NCBI RefSeq assembly: GCF_000260965.1
Contig: NC_017856.1
Span: 2,010,001 to 2,042,000, forward strand
Origin: Methylophaga frappieri
Lineage (GTDB): Bacteria > Pseudomonadota > Gammaproteobacteria > Nitrosococcales > Methylophagaceae
Length of the DNA: 32,000 nucleotides
Direction of reading: 5' to 3'
In this document: piece after piece, positions 26,948 to 32,000 of the stretch
How positions within the stretch are numbered: position 1 is the stretch's first letter
Layout of the letters: every line of letters begins with the position of its first letter
Position numbers and translations under genes: made by a program
The notes under the pieces: model-generated
Databases searched by the model: none
The model's input: only the letters and a program-made list of their open reading frames with translations
What the model was told of the DNA's origin: nothing

Positions 26948-26960
26948 TGAATAAATATCA
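26948..26960. promoter_or_regulatory. candidate MetR box upstream of mesX-mesD
   Basis: TGAATAAATATCA matches TGAA-N5-TTCA at 7 of 8 positions. It lies ~90 bp upstream of the DUF1852 gene in an AT-rich 193-bp intergenic region. Confidence 0.3.
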
Positions 26961-27048
26961 TCATTATATGAGATAAAATCAATTTTTTTCATGTGGAAAC
27001 CCCTGTATAAAGTGCACTTTAGATTTACCTCAAGATACAGGAATGACC

Positions 27049-28026
27049 ATGAGTACCGGTTTTCAATACACGATTAAGCGGATAAGTTTCGACGAAAACT
27101 ATCATCCCGCTGATAGCACGCGGATCACGACAAACTTCGCCAATCTGGCAAGGGGTGAACACCGTCAAGAAAATTTACGCAAAGCTTTGCGCATGGTGGA
27201 TAGCCGCTTTAATGCATTGGCTCAGTGGGATAATCCCAAGGCCGATCGCTATGCGGTTGAGCTGGAAATTATTTCAGTAGATGTCGATATTGAGGGCAAT
27301 GGTCAACATTTTCCGTCGATTGAAATATTGAAAACTACTATTGTGGATAACCAAACCAACCAGCGTATTGATGGCATTGTCGGCAATAACTTTTCTTCTT
27401 ACGTACGTGACTATGACTTCAGCGTATTGCTGTTGGAACACAATAAAGGTAAAGCAGGCTTCAGCATTCCAGATAACTACGGTGAGTTGCACGGCAAACT
27501 GTTCAAAGATTTCATCAACTCAGACGTTTACAAAGAAAACTTCAAAAAACCACCCGTGATTTGTCTGAGTGTATCCGATAACAAAACCTATCATCGCACC
27601 GATAATCATCATCCGATTCTGGGCGTTGAATACGAGCCGAATGAATCGTCATTGACAGAGCAGTATTTTAAAAAGATGGGCTTAAGGGTCCGTTACTTTA
27701 TGCCGGAAGACAGTGTTGCGCCTTTGGCATTCTACTTTTTTGGTGACTTACTCAACGATTACACCAACCTGGAACTGATTGGCACCATCAGTACGATGGA
27801 GACATTCCAAAAAATCTATCGTCCCGAGATTTATAATGCCAATGCCGTTGCTGGAAGTGCCTATCAACCGAATTTGAAGCATGCCGATCATTCATTAACG
27901 CAGATCGTTTATGACCGTGAAGAACGCAGCCAGTTAGCGATTAAGCAGGGTAAATTTGCTGAAGAAAACTTCATCAAACCCTACAAGGCGATTCTTGACC
28001 AATGGTCTGAACAATACGCTTCTTAA
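27049..28026 (+). CDS. mesX: DUF1852 domain protein (MesX, accessory protein of the MesD methionine synthase)
   Basis: The ~325-aa ORF has segments I recognise as DUF1852: HPADSTRITTNFANLARGEHRQENL, GNNFSSYVRDYDFSVLLLEHNKG, PPVICLSVS, LGVEYEP, ISTMETFQKIYRPEIYNAN. I prefer the ATG at 27049 (AGGA at 27039-42, 6-nt spacing). The ATG at 27043 abuts the AGGA. Confidence 0.8.
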   Translation: MSTGFQYTIKRISFDENYHPADSTRITTNFANLARGEHRQENLRKALRMVDSRFNALAQWDNPKADRYAVELEIISVDVDIEGNGQHFPSIEILKTTIVDNQTNQRIDGIVGNNFSSYVRDYDFSVLLLEHNKGKAGFSIPDNYGELHGKLFKDFINSDVYKENFKKPPVICLSVSDNKTYHRTDNHHPILGVEYEPNESSLTEQYFKKMGLRVRYFMPEDSVAPLAFYFFGDLLNDYTNLELIGTISTMETFQKIYRPEIYNANAVAGSAYQPNLKHADHSLTQIVYDREERSQLAIKQGKFAEENFIKPYKAILDQWSEQYAS

Positions 28027-28047
28027 TGGATCAAAATAGAAATAGAA

Positions 28048-29076
28048 ATGATGAAAAAATTATTACCCACTTCCACTGCCGGCAGTTTGCCGAAACCTTC
28101 TTGGCTTGCTGAGCCGGAAAAACTTTGGTCACCGTGGAAATTAGACGGCGACGAACTGGTGAGTGGCAAGCAAGATGCCTTACGCCTGTCATTACAAGAA
28201 CAGCAACAGGCTGGACTGGATATCGTCGGTGACGGCGAGCAATCTCGTCAGCACTTTGTCACGACCTTTATCGAACATCTTGATGGGGTTGATTTCGCCA
28301 AACGTGAAACGGTAAAAATCCGTGATCGTTATGACGCGAGCGTGCCAACTGTGGTCAGTGCCGTGAGCCGTCAAAAACCGGTGTTTGTTGAAGACGCGAA
28401 GTTTTTACGTACTCAAACGGATCAACCCATCAAATGGGCGTTGCCAGGTCCGATGACCATGATTGATACGCTGTATGATGCACATTACAAAAGTCGTGAA
28501 AAACTGGCTTGGGAATTTGCCAAAATCCTGAACCAGGAAGCAAAAGAGTTAGAAGCGGCAGGCGTAGATATTATCCAGTTTGATGAGCCGGCATTTAACG
28601 TGTTCTTCGATGAAGTCAATGACTGGGGTATTGCCACACTGGAAAGAGCCATCGAAGGCCTGAAATGCGAAACCGCTGTGCACATTTGCTACGGTTACGG
28701 TATTCAAGCCAATACCGATTGGAAAAAAACCTTGGGTGCAGAATGGCGTCAATATGAAAATATTTTCCCTAAACTGCAACAATCCAACATCGATATGATC
28801 TCGTTGGAATGCCATAACTCGCATGTGCCGATGGATTTGATTGAACTGATCCGTGGCAAAAAAGTTATGGTCGGCGCGATTGATGTGGCGAGCAATACTA
28901 TCGAAACGCCAGAAGAAGTGGCAGACACGCTGCGTAGAGCATTGCAGTTTGTTGAAGTGGATTTGTTATGCCCATGCACCAACTGCGGCATGGCACCGTT
29001 ACCGCGTCACATTGCCAGAGCGAAGCTCAATGCATTGACTGCCGGGGCAGAAATCATTAGAAAAGAACTGGCTTAG
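28048..29076 (+). CDS. mesD: core (single-domain, folate-binding-domain-less) MetE-like methionine synthase, MesD type
   Basis: The 342-aa ORF is homologous to the MetE C-terminal catalytic domain only: LPTSTAGSLPKP.WL, D.GLDIVGDGEQSRQHF, IQFDEPAF. Putative Zn ligands are VHICYGY, SLECH and CTNCGM. It lies 21 nt downstream of the DUF1852 gene. Confidence 0.8.
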   Translation: MMKKLLPTSTAGSLPKPSWLAEPEKLWSPWKLDGDELVSGKQDALRLSLQEQQQAGLDIVGDGEQSRQHFVTTFIEHLDGVDFAKRETVKIRDRYDASVPTVVSAVSRQKPVFVEDAKFLRTQTDQPIKWALPGPMTMIDTLYDAHYKSREKLAWEFAKILNQEAKELEAAGVDIIQFDEPAFNVFFDEVNDWGIATLERAIEGLKCETAVHICYGYGIQANTDWKKTLGAEWRQYENIFPKLQQSNIDMISLECHNSHVPMDLIELIRGKKVMVGAIDVASNTIETPEEVADTLRRALQFVEVDLLCPCTNCGMAPLPRHIARAKLNALTAGAEIIRKELA

Positions 29077-29091
29077 TGCTTTTTGATTCTC

Positions 29092-29135
29092 AACAGGCTA
29101 TGGGTGCTTCGGTGTTCATAGCCTGTTTTTGTTTG
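29092..29135 (+). terminator. rho-independent terminator after mesD
   Basis: 11-bp perfect stem AACAGGCTATG (29092-29102) / CATAGCCTGTT (29117-29127) with a 14-nt loop, followed by a T-rich tract TTTTTGTTTGTTGTTT. Confidence 0.7.
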
Positions 29136-29161
29136 TTGTTTAACCACGAAAGTCATACAAA

Positions 29162-29992
29162 ATGAATGTCATTGAATTTATTAGCACGCATCTCTCGACC
29201 TTATTGGCATTGATTGCGACAGGCGCCTTTGCCGGTGTATTAGCCGGTTTATTAGGGGTCGGCGGCGGTATTGTTATCGTGCCAGTCTTGTTTTTCCTGT
29301 TTCAAGGCTTTGGCGTTTCGCCGGAATCAGCGATGGTCATCGCGACTGCGACGTCATTGGCAACCATCGTACCGACTTCCATTAGCTCAATTCGTTCTCA
29401 TAACCGCAAAGGCAACGTCGATTTTGATCTATTAAGACGGTGGGCGGGCTTTATTCTTATCGGTGTTCTAGTGGGTAGTTGGCTAGTAACAAGGGTTGAT
29501 GGCACATCGTTGACCGTGATGTTTGGGGTTATTGCGACATTATCGGCATTAAATATGTTGTTTAGAACCGGTAAATCAGCGTTGTTCGATCAGTTGCCCG
29601 GCAAAGCAGGGCAGGCGGCAATTGGTTCTGGTATTGGTTTTTTTAGCTCGATGGTCGGTATTGGTGGCGGTACGCTCACAGTACCTACGCTGACATTATG
29701 TAACTATCCAGCGCATAAAGCGGTGGGTACGGCAGCGGCGATTGGCTTAATTATTTCCTTACCGGGTGCGTTAACCATGTTGATATTAGGTACCACACCC
29801 GCTGATGCTCCAGTTGGCACTTATGGACTGGTGAATCTAATCGGCTTTGTCTGCATTGTGCCACTCACCGTGCTATTCGCACCGGTAGGCGCCACACTCG
29901 CTAACAAACTAGATGCAACAAAACTGAAAAAAGTCTTTGCGGTAGTCTTGCTCATCACGGGCTTAAGGATGTTGCTGCAGCTGTCCTTATAA
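29162..29992 (+). CDS. TauE/SafE (TSUP, DUF81) family anion exporter-like membrane protein
   Basis: The 276-aa polytopic membrane protein has the duplicated GLLGVGGGIVIVP / SMVGIGGGTLTVP motifs characteristic of TSUP/DUF81 proteins. Confidence 0.8.
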   Translation: MNVIEFISTHLSTLLALIATGAFAGVLAGLLGVGGGIVIVPVLFFLFQGFGVSPESAMVIATATSLATIVPTSISSIRSHNRKGNVDFDLLRRWAGFILIGVLVGSWLVTRVDGTSLTVMFGVIATLSALNMLFRTGKSALFDQLPGKAGQAAIGSGIGFFSSMVGIGGGTLTVPTLTLCNYPAHKAVGTAAAIGLIISLPGALTMLILGTTPADAPVGTYGLVNLIGFVCIVPLTVLFAPVGATLANKLDATKLKKVFAVVLLITGLRMLLQLSL

Positions 29993-30112
29993 ATAAGGGA
30001 ACGTGATTCGCTTTGCTATCCGTTCTTGGTTCAGCCTTTGCCTGTCAAATCGAGGCTGATAAATATCAGGCTCAACTATTCATGCCATATTGATTCAGTT
30101 TAAATACAGCGG

Positions 30113-30147
30113 TGATAAAATTGGCCGAAGCGTTACGCCTCGGCCAA
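30113..30147 (-). terminator. candidate terminator for the minus-strand small gene (possibly bidirectional)
   Basis: Hairpin TTGGCCGA...TCGGCCAA (30121-30147) lies 6 nt after the stop at 30153. On the minus strand it is followed by TTTTATC. Confidence 0.5.
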
Positions 30148-30152
30148 TCCCT

Positions 30153-30461
30153 TTATTTACGCCAATAATCATTGGCGATTGCGATGGTTTTGAACTCGAT
30201 GGCTACCAGTTCGGCAGCATTCATTAATAACTGTGGATCCTCGGCATATTTGGCTCTGACACGATGTTTGGCTGCAACATCAGTTTGGATTGTACCAATG
30301 GTTTTCCTGACGATGGTCATGGCTAGTTGCCTGCCTTCATAGGGTGTCTCGGTAATCAGTGATGGCAGGTAGTTATCATTAGCCATCATTTCCTGTGCGG
30401 CAAGATTGACGGGAATGACAGCAGTCAACGCGGTAAGCAATAATATTTTTTTAGTAATCAT
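30153..30461 (-). CDS. hypothetical small secreted protein (102 aa)
   Basis: Signal peptide MITKKILLLTALTAVIPVNLAA|QE. The mature part is ~80 aa and I recognise no family. The gene is divergent from the MarR/OhrR-like gene and has its own terminator hairpin. Confidence 0.5.
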   Translation of the reverse strand: MITKKILLLTALTAVIPVNLAAQEMMANDNYLPSLITETPYEGRQLAMTIVRKTIGTIQTDVAAKHRVRAKYAEDPQLLMNAAELVAIEFKTIAIANDYWRK

Positions 30462-30480
30462 GATAATCTATCTCTCTCTA

Positions 30481-30515
30481 ACAGTTTGCAAACGAACTGT
30501 TTGCACCCAAACAGT
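30481..30515. promoter_or_regulatory. candidate MarR/OhrR-type operator (three related half-site pairs)
   Basis: The sequence is ACAGTTTGCAAACGAACTGTTTGCACCCAAACAGT. It contains the perfect 10-bp palindrome GTTTGCAAAC (30484-30493). It also has the perfect 8-bp inverted repeat ACTGTTTG-CACC-CAAACAGT (30496-30515). The direct repeat ACAGTTTGCA / ACTGTTTGCA is present as well. It is centred in the 101-bp divergent intergenic region. Confidence 0.45.
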
Positions 30516-30562
30516 AAGGCGGCAGGTATCAGATGTCAAGCGCACAACCAAAGGTGTGTTAA

Positions 30563-30982
30563 ATGGGGCCTAGACTAAACGAGCAGGTATGCTTTGCACT
30601 CTACTCTACAAGTGGCACGATAACGCGCGCTTATCAGCGTTTATTGGCGCCTCATCGTCTGACTTATCCTCAGTTTGTTGTGATGATGTCACTTTGGCAT
30701 CATGATGGGGCGACACAGAAAGCCATCGCAGAATCCATTGGCATAACCAAAGGGACGCTCAGCCCAATCCTGAAAAATCTGGAAATGAACGGCTATATCA
30801 CTCGCAATAGTCCGCCAGGCAATGATCGGATTAAATCCGTGTTTCTGACCACGGCGGGTAAGACTTTAGCAGAACAGGGTGAACGAATTGCGGAGCAAGC
30901 ATTGTGTGCAACCGGGCTGACATTAACTGAAGCCAATGACGTGATCCGTCTTTGTACGAAAATAAAGGATCATCTAGGGTAG
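30563..30982 (+). CDS. MarR-family regulator of the OhrR (organic hydroperoxide-sensing) subgroup
   Basis: 139 aa. LNEQVCFALYS matches the OhrR sensing-Cys motif (LENQLCFLLY/LDNQLCFALY), with Cys10 at codon 30590-30592. TYPQFVVMMSLW (TYPQYLV...LW) and GTLSPILKNLEMNGYITR follow. A second Cys (Cys115, EQALCATG) is as in 2-Cys OhrR proteins. Confidence 0.7.
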   Translation: MGPRLNEQVCFALYSTSGTITRAYQRLLAPHRLTYPQFVVMMSLWHHDGATQKAIAESIGITKGTLSPILKNLEMNGYITRNSPPGNDRIKSVFLTTAGKTLAEQGERIAEQALCATGLTLTEANDVIRLCTKIKDHLG

Positions 30983-31085
30983 CTGGCCCGTAAACGTCTC
31001 TGAGCCACTTCTTTCACATCAAGTTATCTGGTTTATGGCATGATCTTAGACGAAGTAACCTAACCTGCCGAGCTGAGAAAACCAA

Positions 31086-31733
31086 ATGAAAAAAAAGCAG
31101 CCATTGGCTGATTTACGTAATAACTATCAACGTGGTGAACTGGCTGAGCAAGCAACGTCAGAGGTGCCTTTGCAGCAGTTTGAGCAATGGCTCAACGAGG
31201 CGATTACGCAAAAAGTGAATGAACCCAATGCGATGACTTTGGCAACCGTTGATGCTGATGGACGTCCCGCTTGTCGCCCCGTGTTGATTAAAGACTGTGA
31301 TGCGCGCGGTATCGTCTGGTTTACCAATTATCAAAGCAGAAAAGGACTTTCTCTGGCCAACAATCCGTTTGCGGCCCTGCAATTCTTTTGGCCCGAGCTT
31401 GAGCGTGTCGTGCGTATTGAAGGTAAAGTCGAAAAAATTTCGGAAACCGAATCGGATGCTTATTTTCATTCAAGACCATTAAGCAGCCGGATTGGTGCAT
31501 GGGCCTCGCCGCAAAGTACCGTTATTGAAAGCCGAACTGTTATTGTCAGTCAAGCTGCTAAATACGGCGCTGAGTTTGGCCTGCATCCGCCACGGCCACC
31601 ACATTGGGGCGGATACCGATTAGTCCCTGATTATTGGGAGTTCTGGCAAGGTCGTCCATCACGGCTGCATGATCGGATTTGTTACCGTTTGCAACCGGAT
31701 GGTCAATGGCAGCGGCTACGTCTAGCTCCCTGA
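31086..31733 (+). CDS. pdxH: pyridoxamine 5'-phosphate oxidase
   Basis: 215 aa: [62 protein letters not shown]...EFWQGR.SRLHDR. Confidence 0.95.
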   Translation: MKKKQPLADLRNNYQRGELAEQATSEVPLQQFEQWLNEAITQKVNEPNAMTLATVDADGRPACRPVLIKDCDARGIVWFTNYQSRKGLSLANNPFAALQFFWPELERVVRIEGKVEKISETESDAYFHSRPLSSRIGAWASPQSTVIESRTVIVSQAAKYGAEFGLHPPRPPHWGGYRLVPDYWEFWQGRPSRLHDRICYRLQPDGQWQRLRLAP

Positions 31734-32000
31734 AGGCGTTTGTTCGCTATTGTCTTGTTCAGATTTGATGACTTGTTGTGCGACGCCAACTGGAAAAAAT
31801 ACCCGCAGTGGATTTTCTTTGGTTTGATCCCAGATGCTGCGCATAAGCGCCGAAAAGCGGCTGATACGTGTCCCGCGGGCACGCAGTGCGACGATTAAGG
31901 CTAAGGCAAAACTGACCCAAAGATTAAAAAAACCAATGATCAGGACAAACAATAAATAGACGAAAAACTCAAAAATGCCCATCGTGCTGCTAAAAGTAGC
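31722..32000 (-). CDS. hypothetical membrane protein; the start may lie beyond the window edge
   Basis: The ORF has a hydrophobic segment ([32 protein letters not shown]) followed by a polar tail. The frame stays open upstream of the listed Met (31982) to nt 32000, so this may be the C-terminus of a larger protein. It overlaps the pdxH 3' end by 12 nt. Confidence 0.4.
   Translation of the reverse strand, partial: ATFSSTMGIFEFFVYLLFVLIIGFFNLWVSFALALIVALRARGTRISRFSALMRSIWDQTKENPLRVFFPVGVAQQVIKSEQDNSEQTPSGS

Noticed and set aside
30052-30073. Near-perfect palindrome GAGGCTGATA-AA-TATCAGGCTC downstream of the TSUP transporter gene.
   Set aside because: It has one mismatch and a 2-nt centre, which is too tight for an RNA hairpin loop. 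There is no T-tract and no adjacent promoter context. I cannot assign a function, and it may be fortuitous.
30496-30515. CTGT...ACAG in the MarR intergenic region, considered as a LexA (SOS) box.
   Set aside because: The spacing is CTGT-N10-ACAG rather than the gammaproteobacterial CTGT-N8-ACAG. The repeats are better explained as an operator for the adjacent MarR-family regulator.

Overview
The window is a chromosomal segment of a gammaproteobacterium at roughly 45-50% GC. The tetrahydromethanopterin/methanofuran-type genes at the left edge suggest a methylotroph, possibly Methylophaga-like, but this taxon guess is low confidence. Most of the window is housekeeping genes in recognisable synteny blocks:
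- DHPS-like/DUF447/mfnB-like genes.
- gpmI-envC-ctpA-yajL.
- A yibN-like rhodanese followed by grxC-secB-gpsA.
- folM / folK-like-folB / plsY / tsaD.
- The macromolecular-synthesis operon rpsU-yqeY-dnaG-rpoD, followed 8 nt later by a tRNA-Ile2(CAU).
- pdxH.
No transposase, integrase, CRISPR array or rRNA is visible.
Five things stand out:
1. A single integron-type gene cassette (about 3343-4216) with a textbook attC site (4124-4222). It carries an unannotatable 247-aa protein and sits between the convergent ligE and metE genes with no integron nearby.
2. A second methionine-synthase locus (metR-like regulator, DUF1852/MesX, core MetE-like MesD, divergent Fre-like flavin reductase). It coexists with full-length metE.
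3. plsY carries two compensating frameshifts at homopolymer runs.
4. A signal-peptide-bearing minimal ATP-dependent DNA ligase (Lig E type).
5. A tandem-receiver response regulator whose first receiver lacks the phospho-acceptor Asp.
All functional calls come from reading the translated ORFs against remembered family signatures. No database search was run.
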